64,000 nt of DNA from Patescibacteria group bacterium (lineage in GTDB: Bacteria; Patescibacteriota; Minisyncoccia; Phycocordibacterales; UBA2100), in contig JBBTSD010000007.1 of assembly GCA_038064835.1 (NCBI GenBank), positions 4,893 through 68,892 on the forward strand, in the 5' to 3' direction. The translations under genes and the position numbers were made by a program. A model generated the notes under the pieces. That model saw only the letters and a program-made list of their open reading frames with translations, did no database searches and was not told where the DNA came from. This document shows positions 1 through 9,638 of this stretch, one piece after another. Within the stretch, counting starts at the first letter, position 1; each line of letters starts with the position of its first letter.

Positions 1-18
1 TTGTTGTTCCGGTAAAAA

Positions 19-1473
19 TCACTGCTCTCGGTAAATTTCTCTCGCAAAGAGATCTCCTAAAGCTTTCGGGTCCCCTGAACCCTTTGTAGCTTTCATGGCC
101 TGTCCTACAAGAAATTGTAGTGAGGACGCCTTCCCATCTTTGTATTGCTGAACCACTGCCAGGTTGCTTTTGATAACTTCCTGAACAACTGGAAGTAAGC
201 TCGCCTCATCTCTCTTTTGACGCAATCCGCTCGAGTCAGCGATTGTTTCTGGATCCCCACCGCTAGTTACCATAATACTGAGTATGTCTTTGGCTCCTCG
301 TGAGGAGACGGAATTGTTCTGTAACATTTGAACAAGTTTGGAAAAGTTTTTCGGAGTAAAATTTACCGGAATATCTTTTATTTCTGAATCTCGCCCCGCG
401 GTTTCTCGAAGTATGCCGACAAGGTCAGTTGCAAGGTAGTTGACGGACAGACGAACGGCAGACGCAGACGCGTCGAAACAGCCACAGACACGATCAAAGA
501 AATCCCCTAAGACCTTGTTACACACAAACAGATCAGCCTCAACGGGCGTCAGCCCCATGCCCAGGTATCGAGCGCGGCGTGCCCACGGGAGCTCAGGCAA
601 CACCAAGGCTTGAACATCAGGTATCTGGACACACTGAATCTTCGGTAAGTCGGGGTCAGGAAAGTAGCGGTAATCTGCAGAACCCTCCTTGGTTCTTTGT
701 CGAAAGGTCTCTTGCCTCGCCTCGTCCCAGCCTCGTGTCTCTTGAAGTACCGCCCTTCCAGATCTTATCTCTGCCGCCTGACGCTTCATTTCGAACTGAA
801 CCGCCCTCTCGACTGATTTAAATGAGTTCAAATTTTTAACTTCGACTTTTACACCCAGAGATCCTTTTGGCGCCATAGATATATTTGCCTCAATGCGCAT
901 CTCTCCAGCTTCCATGTTTGCAGTGCTGACACCTAAGTAGCGTAGGAGCAATTGGAGCTCCTGCGCGAAGGTCGCCACCTGCTCAGGAGTGTGCATTACT
1001 GGCTCAGTGACCAACTCCATCAACGGCACACCCGACCGGTTGTAGTCCACTAAAGTCTTCCCAGACGAATCGTGTATCGATCGCGCCGTGTCTTCCTCGA
1101 GGTGTATGCGTGTTAATGCCACTCCAGATAGAGCGCCGCCGGATACCAAAGGAAACTCGTATTGGCTTATCTGATAACCCTTTGGCTGATCAGGATAAAA
1201 ATAATTCTTTCGGTCGAACTCAGTGTAATCTGCGAGCCTCCCTCCCACTGCTTTGCCAACTTTGAGAACATGGAGAACCGCGTCTTTGTTTATTGTCGGG
1301 AGAGTCCCAGGGTGAGCAAGGCAAATTGGGCAGATGTTGGTATTAGGCCCTGTCAAAACAGTGCTATTTGCAGAGTCGCAGAACATCTTAGTCTTTGTGC
1401 GGAGCTCTGCATGTACTTCCAAACCAACAGTAAGTAACAATTCGCCTCCTCGCCCATTTTGCTCTGTTTCCAT
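19..1473 (-). CDS. gatB: Asp-tRNA(Asn)/Glu-tRNA(Gln) amidotransferase subunit B
   Basis: 484 aa; N-terminal LTVGLEVHAELRTKTKMFC motif and overall length are typical of GatB; ATG at 1473. Confidence 0.9.
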   Translation of the reverse strand: METEQNGRGGELLLTVGLEVHAELRTKTKMFCDSANSTVLTGPNTNICPICLAHPGTLPTINKDAVLHVLKVGKAVGGRLADYTEFDRKNYFYPDQPKGYQISQYEFPLVSGGALSGVALTRIHLEEDTARSIHDSSGKTLVDYNRSGVPLMELVTEPVMHTPEQVATFAQELQLLLRYLGVSTANMEAGEMRIEANISMAPKGSLGVKVEVKNLNSFKSVERAVQFEMKRQAAEIRSGRAVLQETRGWDEARQETFRQRTKEGSADYRYFPDPDLPKIQCVQIPDVQALVLPELPWARRARYLGMGLTPVEADLFVCNKVLGDFFDRVCGCFDASASAVRLSVNYLATDLVGILRETAGRDSEIKDIPVNFTPKNFSKLVQMLQNNSVSSRGAKDILSIMVTSGGDPETIADSSGLRQKRDEASLLPVVQEVIKSNLAVVQQYKDGKASSLQFLVGQAMKATKGSGDPKALGDLFAREIYREQ

Positions 1474-1784
1474 GAGGCAACTGTACCAAAGCGCGCCAGC
1501 ATCGCAACACTGGGGACATACGAAAAAACTTCATACGAAGTATGAGTGCATTAGGTGACTTGGAAATTAGTCTGCCGAAACCCTGCGAGCAGGTATACAT
1601 GTACGAGAGCTGTACATCTATCCCTGTCCGCACGGCAGATTGTCCAGATGGAGCGTTGTCGAGCAACGCTCCAAAAAGACCCGCAAATCTAAGCCGAGAT
1701 TCGCAATTTTTGCCGAGATTCCATTTAAATCAACGCTCGTCTGGCCGAGATACAGAGAGGCCTGTCCAAGGAAGGATCCTAAGT

Positions 1785-4289
1785 CTACTTCACAATCGTC
1801 CACTTCCCAGTAGCAAGTAGGGACTCTGCCTTTTTGTACTTCATCTCGCGCCTCTCGTTTCCATCAGTGATAGTGACTTTGTCATTACGCCCAGGAGTAT
1901 CTGTAGTGTTCGTCGACGCTTCCCTTCCGACAATAGCCTGGACACCTTCCCTTACTGCAACCAGCTGAGGCGCCTCTCTCTTTGTAAATTCTCCGCCGGA
2001 GAGACGCGGTAGCATTTCTGCGACATGTGAGCGGTAGAACTCTTCCATATGCTTGAATTGAGAAAGACCCTCCTTTTTGTATTCAACGAGTGGGTCACGC
2101 TGGCCATATGCCCGTAGATTCACACTACTTCGCATATAGTCCATGGTCTCGAGATGATCTACCCAAAGGAGGTCGATTGTCTGGAAAAGAAGTTTTTGCA
2201 CACCACTGTAAAATTGCTCTACACCAAGCTCTGTTTTCTTCTTCTCAAATTCCTCGGTAAGCGTCGCGTTGTTCTCAAATAAGCGCATGAGCTCAGCATC
2301 AACAGCTTCCGGCCCTCCGACCAGGAGTGCGCGCCGACGCGCGTACACACTTTTTCTTTGCACATTCATGACATCGTCATATGCGAGCACATGCTTTCTT
2401 GCGTCAAAATTCAATTCCTCAATGCGCGTTTGCGCTCGTTCGAGTGAACGAGTAATCATCGGCGTGTAGATGGGTTCATCCTCTGGTATACCAAATGTTC
2501 CCATCACTTTTTTCACCATGTCGGATGCAAAGACACGCATAAGAGAGTCTTCGAGTGAAACAAAGAATTGAGTTTCTCCGGGATCCCCCTGTCTCCCTGC
2601 CCGTCCACGAAGCTGATTGTCGATTCGTCGTGCCTCATGCCGCTCGGTGCCAAGTACGAATAGACCACCACTCTTTTTAACTTCCTCAAGATCTTCGGGT
2701 GTGGCTGGATTGCCCCCCAATTTTATGTCAACACCACGGCCTGCCATGTTGGTGGCAATCGTGACCGCCCCCTTCCGACCGGCCTGTGCAATTATTTCTG
2801 CTTCGCGTTCGTGATTCTTGGCGTTCAAAATTTCGTGTGGCACCCCCTCTTGTTTGAAGTGAGCTGAGAGCAATTCATTCTTTTCGACCGATGCGGTTCC
2901 CACCAAAACTGGCTGGCCTTTCTCTTGGAGTGCTTTGACTTGTCGTGCTATGGCCTTGAACTTCCCACGCTCTGTTTGAAAAATTTGATCTTCGTGATCA
3001 ACTCGACGCGATGTCTGATTGGTAGGGATAGCGACCGTGTTTAGACCGTAGACTTTGTAAAATTCTTCTGCCGAAGTGGCAGCTGTCCCCGTCATACCAG
3101 ACAGCCTTTCGTACAAACGAAAGTAGTTTTGGTAGGTGATAGACGCAAAAGTACGCGATTCACGCTGTATCGAGACTTTTTCTTTTGCTTCGATCGCTTG
3201 ATGTAGCCCATCACTCCAGCGTCGTCCAGGTTGCAAACGACCTGTGAATTCATCGACAATCACGACTTCACCATCACGGACTACATAGTCTTTATCCTTC
3301 TGAAAGAGCGCATTGGCTCGAACCGCTGTCTCTAGGTGGTGGACATATTTGATTCCCGCGTCTGTATAGATATTTTCTATACCGAGCGCTTTTTCGGCCT
3401 TTTCGATTCCTGAATCAGAGAGTGCGATTTGTTTATGTTTCTCGTCAATTACAAAATCTTCTTCTGTGACGAGTGAGTGGGCAATGATATCAAACCGAGC
3501 ATAGAGGTTTTCTGCATCAGTTGTGGGTGACGAGATTATGAGGGGTGTGCGCGCCTCATCGATTAGAATCGAATCTATCTCGTCAACAATGGCGTAGTGG
3601 TAACCTCGTTGGCGAAGTCTTGCTGCATCTTGCTCGAGGTTGTCATGGAGGTAGTCGAAGCCAAACTCCTGATTTGTGCCGTAAGTTATATCTGCAGCAT
3701 ATGCCTCCCCTCGCGTACAGGGACGCAAAAATTCGGGCACTACCCGGAAAGACCCAGTCTCGCCCTGACTCTGTTCGGTAGCTTTGCTTGTACCGTCATA
3801 TATGTATGAGGCCTGATGGTTCAATACTCCAGTACTGAGACCAAGGAAGGCATACACTGCCCCCATCCATGCAGCGTCGCGCCGTGAGAGGTAGTCGTTT
3901 ACGGTGATGACATGCACTCCTTTCCCGCTAAGCGCATTGAGATATGCAGGCAAAGTAGCGACCAGCGTCTTCCCTTCTCCGGTGCGCATTTCGGCAATCC
4001 CTCCCTGGTGGAGGACGAATCCTCCGACTATTTGCACATCGAAATGTCTCTGGCCCAATGTTCGTCTCGCACCTTCACGCACGACTGCAAAAGCCTCTGG
4101 TGCGATTGAATCAATCGTAGCCCCCTCAGCAAGTCTCTTTCGAAACTCAGCAGTTTTTTCTGAAAGCGCCGCATCACTCAAGCCTCTTATAGTTTCTTCG
4201 AGTGAGGTTACCCCGCCCACCAGAGCCTCGGCTCGCTTTAAGGCGGCGAGATTTTCATCCCCCGTGAGTCGTTTTAGCCAGGACAACAT
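1785..4289 (-). CDS. secA: preprotein translocase ATPase SecA
   Basis: 834 aa; starts MLSWLKRL; DEAD-like motor motifs (TGEGKT, DEVDSILIDEARTPLIIS), typical SecA length. Confidence 0.93.
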   Translation of the reverse strand: MLSWLKRLTGDENLAALKRAEALVGGVTSLEETIRGLSDAALSEKTAEFRKRLAEGATIDSIAPEAFAVVREGARRTLGQRHFDVQIVGGFVLHQGGIAEMRTGEGKTLVATLPAYLNALSGKGVHVITVNDYLSRRDAAWMGAVYAFLGLSTGVLNHQASYIYDGTSKATEQSQGETGSFRVVPEFLRPCTRGEAYAADITYGTNQEFGFDYLHDNLEQDAARLRQRGYHYAIVDEIDSILIDEARTPLIISSPTTDAENLYARFDIIAHSLVTEEDFVIDEKHKQIALSDSGIEKAEKALGIENIYTDAGIKYVHHLETAVRANALFQKDKDYVVRDGEVVIVDEFTGRLQPGRRWSDGLHQAIEAKEKVSIQRESRTFASITYQNYFRLYERLSGMTGTAATSAEEFYKVYGLNTVAIPTNQTSRRVDHEDQIFQTERGKFKAIARQVKALQEKGQPVLVGTASVEKNELLSAHFKQEGVPHEILNAKNHEREAEIIAQAGRKGAVTIATNMAGRGVDIKLGGNPATPEDLEEVKKSGGLFVLGTERHEARRIDNQLRGRAGRQGDPGETQFFVSLEDSLMRVFASDMVKKVMGTFGIPEDEPIYTPMITRSLERAQTRIEELNFDARKHVLAYDDVMNVQRKSVYARRRALLVGGPEAVDAELMRLFENNATLTEEFEKKKTELGVEQFYSGVQKLLFQTIDLLWVDHLETMDYMRSSVNLRAYGQRDPLVEYKKEGLSQFKHMEEFYRSHVAEMLPRLSGGEFTKREAPQLVAVREGVQAIVGREASTNTTDTPGRNDKVTITDGNERREMKYKKAESLLATGKWTIVK

Positions 4290-4383
4290 GGGGTCAGCAT
4301 ACTTGAAAAGATGCTTATTCTCAAGCGTAATGATTCAAAGCAACTTGCTGCACGGTACTTTCATTTATCAGAACCTGACAAAA

Positions 4384-4411
4384 GAAAATCACCGCTTTCG
4401 CGGTGATTTTC
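4384..4411. terminator. bidirectional intrinsic terminator hairpin (gaaaatcaccgc-tttc-gcggtgattttc) with U-tracts on both strands
   Basis: 12-bp perfect inverted repeat flanked by T-run on the plus strand and A-run upstream (U-run on the minus strand). Confidence 0.6.
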
Positions 4412-4417
4412 TTTTAG

Positions 4418-4483
4418 CTAGCGCTTCTTTCCGCGCTTTGCCTTCTTTGCCTTCTTCTTTGCTGCCTTCTTTTTCTTTGCCAT
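4418..4483 (-). CDS. candidate micro-ORF encoding a 21-aa poly-lysine peptide (MAKKKKAAKKKAKKAKRGKKR)
   Basis: ATG..TAG on the minus strand; stop sits directly at a perfect hairpin terminator (4384-4411); AT-rich promoter-like region upstream; codon use is AAG/GCA-rich rather than random. Confidence 0.3.
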   Translation of the reverse strand: MAKKKKAAKKKAKKAKRGKKR

Positions 4484-4660
4484 ATGTAAGTAGTGCGCTA
4501 CTTTGTATTAACTTTTGTCGACCACTCTCAATGAGAGTTGCTTTGCATATTATCTATCACGCTGAATATATAGCGATGGAATAAAAAATAATTGTGTGGA
4601 TAACTTTGTATTCGTGAGAATTATAGAGAAAATAATTTTTTAAAAAACTTCCGCACAGAA

Positions 4661-4690
4661 TGTGCGGAAGTTTTTCTTGCATTTATTTTC
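4661..4690. terminator. intrinsic terminator hairpin (cttccgcaca-gaa-tgtgcggaag) followed by TTTTTCTT; also U-flanked on the minus strand
   Basis: 10-bp perfect inverted repeat plus T-tract, seen directly. Confidence 0.55.
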
Positions 4691-5000
4691 GATACACGGT
4701 GGAGGACGGGTGCGAGCTCCAAAATGAAAGTTTAATGTGAGTGCAGCCGCCCTCCACCCTATATCCAAAACCTACCCACACCATATCACACAGAAGACTA
4801 TCTGATGGTTGCGTAGGTGGAAAACGAAACACGTACAGACCTTCATTATAAGTATGGAAACGCAAAATCCCGCCGAGACGGGATTTAGCGTAAACTTTCT
4901 TGTGTGCTCAACAACTTGTTGCACTCACCCGATTATTCTAGCAATTTGTGTGTTTTCGTCAATAGTCATCTGGTATTCGCAGGGGATACACCGGTAGGAG

Positions 5001-7382
5001 CTAGTTTGAGAGATTCACCTTCCCTTCGCGCACCTGCTTGATAAGGACACTTAAGTCAGCGGATGCTTGTGGGATATCTCGTGCGGCCTGTTCGAGAACC
5101 TCTATCGATTTCGCCTTCTTTCCATCGGCATAGTATGCGGCGGCTCTTGCGACACGCGCCTGCAAATCAGTCGGTTCTGCCTTCATGCGCGCCTCCCACA
5201 AGTCACCGATCTTTGAAAACTGTCTCTGAGCTACGAAGGCATTGATGACGCGCGGATTTGGCGTTGCACCTACGAGTGGCACGAGGAGCTCGTCTGCGAG
5301 CGTGTTGTCTCCTGCAAGTATTGCAAGTGTGGCGTACATGACACGCGCCTCGTCGAAAGCTGGTGCCGCTTCGAAAGTTTCTTTGGCGAGCGCCAAAGCA
5401 CCCGCTAAATCGCCGCGGGTAACCCTATTCGCCACAAGCTGAAAGCTAATTCCTTGCTTTGCAGGCGAAAGTGTATGCGCCTTTTCTAAGTGCGGAGCTG
5501 CTTGCTCGTGTTGCCCCGCAGCTCCGAAAATAATCCCGGCAATTAGTGGGAATCGAGCGTCTTGGGGAGCGGCCGCAATCTGCACTTCCATCTCGCGCAC
5601 CGCAACAGCAAATATCGTCTTTTTTATCTCCTCGGGGACCTGTGGTGCCACCAGTATATTGGTAGCATTTTGCGCAAGATGTTCGCGAATTTCTTGTGAT
5701 CCGAAAGTGTGATATGACAACGCTCGCTCGACAAGTACAACCCCCTCTTGAATCTTGCCTGTTGAAAGCTGACGGAGTGACTCGAGAAGGACCTTGTTTG
5801 CTACCAGAGCTTTTCCATTGACCGTCCACACCACTAGTCCCAATACAATGAGTACTCCAGCAGTAATCGCCGCAAGCGCACCCCGAGAAACCTGGAGACT
5901 TTCCATGAGATACGGCCGTGACCCTGCTTCGTTCATCCGTACCACCATATACGCAAGCAGTGCGAAGAAAACCATGTAGCTTGTAATGTTGTCGAATACG
6001 AATAGGTTGTGGAACAAGTAGCCAGCAAAAAGTCCTGTCAGGATACTTCGCTCAGCGATACTGAATACGCCACTCCGCCATAGTCCCCAGAGTGCTAGGA
6101 AAAATATGCTCGCGTACGCGACAAAACCAATCACTCCGGCGGCAACAAGCCAGTCAAAAACCACATTGTGTACGCGATCAAACCAAGGCTCTTGTGCATA
6201 CATTTGCGGGTCGAAGTATTTATTGAATACCAAGTTGTAATTCTCTTGACCCCAGCCCAACAAAGGTCGTTCGCGGACTCCTTGGATCGCCATTTGATAA
6301 TTAAGAAAGCGAGATTTGACCGTGGTTTCAGTAAGCGAAATGGATGCGAGTCTACTGAGTGGCTCGACAGAGCGCACAAAGGCCGTGTCCTTGATAGCGA
6401 GGAACCCCCCGACGAGCAGTAATACGCCCAGCACCACAGCAATGCTTGCACGCCACGCATTCTTTGACTGATGTGCAAGAAGCACCAAGAGAATTGCTGA
6501 AAGCATGATGCCGCCAAGAGCGCCGATGATTGCTCCGCGTGTTGCAGTGAAGAACAGAGCCGTGGCTTGCAACAACATGGCCATCCCAAGCATCACATGT
6601 GCCGACCAGCGCGAGCTGGTACGCGCCCACGCAAAAAGCCACAATGCGATCGAAAGTATGAGAAGTACAGTCCATTCCTTTCGTGCCGGGCTCACTTGAA
6701 AAAGAGGGTGCGGAAGAGCAAGTGAAATAACAAAGAGCTGACCGACTGCCGCCGCCCCATACACATGCCACTTGGTATACCATTGATTAAGGCGTACCCC
6801 GCCGTCCTTCCACTCTTCTGAAAACAGGAGCGCTGCAACAAACATGTGAAAGAACATGTAAATACCCATGTAGGTTGCATTACCAAATGTGGCGTCAAGA
6901 CGAATACCACCTTGGTTGATGACCAGGAATCCTGAAAGCTGGAGCATGCCGTATACCGCAGCGAGAAACGAAACCCCTACTGAGGTATGCCAAAAACGAC
7001 GCCACAGATCTGCTGTATTGAGCATACCTATAAGTACAGCGGTGTAGACAAGCAGATGAGCCAGTGTGACCCACCCCTCCATACGCTCATAGTTACTCCA
7101 GATACTTTTTGCAGGATTTGCACCAAACAAATCGGCTATACCAACAACAAACACAAATATGGCAATGCTCGCCAAAAGCCATGAACGACGAGGTCGGTAT
7201 ATAGGATTTACGAGAGCCAGAGCGAGCCAGAGAGCGCCTAGTACCTCAACTACGATACGAAAGGTAAAGTTTTTCCCTGTAATAAACGGAAAGAAGAGAG
7301 AGTTGCTGACGATAAGGGGTATAAACGGGATAAAGAACACTCCGGCGAGGACGGTGCCTCGTAGCATTTTTTCTAATGTCAT
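5001..7382 (-). CDS. O-antigen ligase/Wzy-like polytopic membrane protein with C-terminal TPR repeats
   Basis: about 12 predicted TM helices; Wzy_C-like loop (TATRGAIIGALGG); C-terminal about 250 aa of Ala-rich TPR-like repeats; start trimmed to ATG 7382 (MTLEKMLRG) to remove overlap with the next gene. Confidence 0.6.
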   Translation of the reverse strand: MTLEKMLRGTVLAGVFFIPFIPLIVSNSLFFPFITGKNFTFRIVVEVLGALWLALALVNPIYRPRRSWLLASIAIFVFVVGIADLFGANPAKSIWSNYERMEGWVTLAHLLVYTAVLIGMLNTADLWRRFWHTSVGVSFLAAVYGMLQLSGFLVINQGGIRLDATFGNATYMGIYMFFHMFVAALLFSEEWKDGGVRLNQWYTKWHVYGAAAVGQLFVISLALPHPLFQVSPARKEWTVLLILSIALWLFAWARTSSRWSAHVMLGMAMLLQATALFFTATRGAIIGALGGIMLSAILLVLLAHQSKNAWRASIAVVLGVLLLVGGFLAIKDTAFVRSVEPLSRLASISLTETTVKSRFLNYQMAIQGVRERPLLGWGQENYNLVFNKYFDPQMYAQEPWFDRVHNVVFDWLVAAGVIGFVAYASIFFLALWGLWRSGVFSIAERSILTGLFAGYLFHNLFVFDNITSYMVFFALLAYMVVRMNEAGSRPYLMESLQVSRGALAAITAGVLIVLGLVVWTVNGKALVANKVLLESLRQLSTGKIQEGVVLVERALSYHTFGSQEIREHLAQNATNILVAPQVPEEIKKTIFAVAVREMEVQIAAAPQDARFPLIAGIIFGAAGQHEQAAPHLEKAHTLSPAKQGISFQLVANRVTRGDLAGALALAKETFEAAPAFDEARVMYATLAILAGDNTLADELLVPLVGATPNPRVINAFVAQRQFSKIGDLWEARMKAEPTDLQARVARAAAYYADGKKAKSIEVLEQAARDIPQASADLSVLIKQVREGKVNLSN

Positions 7383-7414
7383 GGCGACACTGTAACAAAC
7401 CAATAGAAAGCGCG

Positions 7415-7891
7415 CTATATAGCCACACCTTCCTTGACACGCTTTTCCACATTGGCTGTGAGCCAAGACGACGATTGCACCTTGCCACCCTTCCCAATAC
7501 CAAACACCATTTTTATTCCGTACTTCTTGCAGACCGCGCCTTCAGGAATATCGTTTATATTCTTTCGATCACCTCCGTTTGCAAACACGTGCGGTTTGAC
7601 GCGAGCGAGATCACGGCAGACAGAACGGTCTGGGTCATTTGGATTATGCCTCGTAATTACGACTTTATCGACAGCCCGAAGGGCCGAGATTACTTCTTTT
7701 CGTTCTTTCTCGGGCATGAAAGCAAATCCTTTTTTGGCCATGAGCCAATTATCATTGTTCAGAATCACCACAAGCTTGTCCCCTAGTTTTTTTGCCCGCT
7801 CAAACATACGCGTGTGTCCAATATGCACGGGATCAAATCCACCCGAGACAGCCACCCACACCTCTTTTTTCTTTTTTTTCATAGGCCCCAT
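7415..7891 (-). CDS. cytidylyltransferase-like nucleotidyltransferase (HldE domain II / TagD-like)
   Basis: 158 aa; VSGGFDPVHIGH matches the (H/T)xGH motif of the cytidylyltransferase superfamily; begins MGPMKKKKK, encoded by an A8-G-A6 tract. Confidence 0.65.
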   Translation of the reverse strand: MGPMKKKKKEVWVAVSGGFDPVHIGHTRMFERAKKLGDKLVVILNNDNWLMAKKGFAFMPEKERKEVISALRAVDKVVITRHNPNDPDRSVCRDLARVKPHVFANGGDRKNINDIPEGAVCKKYGIKMVFGIGKGGKVQSSSWLTANVEKRVKEGVAI

Positions 7892-7984
7892 AGTGTGTCA
7901 TCTTTCGCTCGCATGCAACACGGGCCACCGTGCTCTATGTTGATTCTACTGGCGTACTTGCGCTTAACGCGTTAGCATGGGCTG

Positions 7985-9244
7985 ATGATTCGATGCGCCA
8001 AAGAGCAGATTGTCAAAACACTCCGCTGGAGCGAACGGTACACCAAGACTGATATGGTGTATCTTGCCAGCAGTGGTTTTTGGCTTACCTCCGGACGTCT
8101 TTTTTCTGTCGCAAGCGGCACTCTTCTCACCATCGCTTTTGCCAACTTATTCTCCCCGACTTCGTTTGGTACCTATAAGTATGTACTCTCGATTGCTGGT
8201 GTTGTGGGGGCATTTTCGTTAGGTGGCTTGGGGGGCGCAGTAACACGCGCAATAGCTCAGGGAAATATTCATATCGTCCGTGCAGTTTTTCGAGTGAGCG
8301 TGTTGTGGAGCATACCTGCAAGCGCAGTAGCACTTGCGGGATCCGCATACTACTTCTGGAACGGCAATGTGCACCTTGGCACCGGCCTTCTTCTGATTGC
8401 AATAACAAACCCATTTCTCAACGGCTTCACTCTCTGGAAAAGCACCCTTCTTGGTGCGCAAGACTTCCGCGGACTCACCATGTACGGAATGCCACGAGCC
8501 CTTATCCCTGTCGCACTCCTGCTTGGAACACTCTTAATGACGCAAGAAGTGCCTATTATTTTAGCTGTGTACTTCTTCTCTAATCTACTTGTTGGATGGG
8601 TGATATACGAGATGACCTTACGCAAACATCATATCGGTGATGGGGGGACCGGTGTGGGTGAAATTGTTACCTATGGAAAACATATGAGTGTCATGGGCGC
8701 ACTATCCCAAGCGGTGGGAAACCTTGATCAGTTACTCCTATGGCATTTTGCCGGACCGGTGCAACTCGCTATATATGCCTTCGCGCTAGCTCCAATTCGT
8801 GAACTTCGCAGTTTCCCAGAAAACATATACCCGATTATTTTTCCAAAAATGGCAACAAAAACCGTAGAAGAAATGAAGCGCACTGTGCCACTGCGTATGA
8901 AGCAGTTGTTGCTTGTTTCGTGCCTCATTGCAGGTATATACATTTTTCTTGCACCACTCCTGTATACAATTGTCTTTCCTCAGTATGTAACAGCAATCTT
9001 TGCAAGCCAGCTTTTAGCACTCACGCTCGTCCTCCAACCCCGAGGGGTCGTTGAGACCATGCTGTATGTCGAAGGTAATACGAAAATTCGCTATGTAACT
9101 ATTTTTGTGACACAGGGAGCCAAAGTGATATTGTGGGTTATTCTGATCCCCTTGTATGGAATTATGGGTGCAGTTATAGGGACAGTGGTTACCGATATCG
9201 TTTCCTCTCTTGCTTTGTGGTGGGCGTACAAAAAGTTAGTGTAG
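7985..9244 (+). CDS. polysaccharide/oligosaccharide flippase (Wzx/MOP superfamily)
   Basis: 419 aa; about 12 TM helices; profile typical of Polysacc_synt family proteins. Confidence 0.65.
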   Translation: MIRCAKEQIVKTLRWSERYTKTDMVYLASSGFWLTSGRLFSVASGTLLTIAFANLFSPTSFGTYKYVLSIAGVVGAFSLGGLGGAVTRAIAQGNIHIVRAVFRVSVLWSIPASAVALAGSAYYFWNGNVHLGTGLLLIAITNPFLNGFTLWKSTLLGAQDFRGLTMYGMPRALIPVALLLGTLLMTQEVPIILAVYFFSNLLVGWVIYEMTLRKHHIGDGGTGVGEIVTYGKHMSVMGALSQAVGNLDQLLLWHFAGPVQLAIYAFALAPIRELRSFPENIYPIIFPKMATKTVEEMKRTVPLRMKQLLLVSCLIAGIYIFLAPLLYTIVFPQYVTAIFASQLLALTLVLQPRGVVETMLYVEGNTKIRYVTIFVTQGAKVILWVILIPLYGIMGAVIGTVVTDIVSSLALWWAYKKLV

Positions 9245-9634
9245 TACGCGCTTCTCACTGTGGAGTGGCGTCTCGAGACGATAAGTATCTTTCTCAAAGT
9301 CATCCCCTCCGCGCACTCCGTCGACAAAAGTGATCCACACCGAATCTTCCAATGCAATAAACTCATGCGCCTCACCTGCGTCCCAACTTACCAACTCGTG
9401 TGGTTTCCAAAGTGTCTTAGTGACTTTTTTCTCACCCTTTTTTCTGCTATACACTTGGAACTTTCCACTCACAAGAAAATCATACTGTCTTGAAAGTGCG
9501 TGGTAGTGATTCCCGCGAACGCCGCCTTTCTTGGTAAAAATAAGGGTGCAGTGCTCGTGTGCCTCCCCGACGAAGATGTCAGTTATCGTCCCTCGCGCAT
9601 CTTTAAAACTAGTCTTTTTCTGTATCTTCTTCAT
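9236..9634 (-). CDS. cupin-fold sugar ketoisomerase-like protein (FdtA/WxcM C-terminal domain-like)
   Basis: 132 aa; HYH...His motif (RGNHYHALSRQYDFLVSGKF) and beta-rich cupin profile. Confidence 0.55.
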   Translation of the reverse strand: MKKIQKKTSFKDARGTITDIFVGEAHEHCTLIFTKKGGVRGNHYHALSRQYDFLVSGKFQVYSRKKGEKKVTKTLWKPHELVSWDAGEAHEFIALEDSVWITFVDGVRGGDDFEKDTYRLETPLHSEKRVLH

Positions 9635-9638
9635 GGTG

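Noticed and set aside
3904-4584. 226-aa plus-strand ORF
   Set aside because: Lies antisense to the well-supported secA coding sequence and has a low-complexity S/A/P-rich translation; typical shadow ORF of a GC-biased third codon position
4690-5000. Possible tmRNA, RNase P RNA or SRP RNA
   Set aside because: Looked for tmRNA tRNA-like ends (GGGG...UCCACCA), the RNase P GGAAAGUCCGGGCUCC core and the SRP AGGGAAGCAGCC-type domain IV on both strands; none present. Only generic hairpins remain, which are reported separately.
5446-6783. Several 60-150-aa ORFs on both strands inside 5001-7382
   Set aside because: Nested within the Wzy/TPR gene whose membrane and TPR domains are coherent; Arg/Cys-rich translations typical of out-of-frame artefacts
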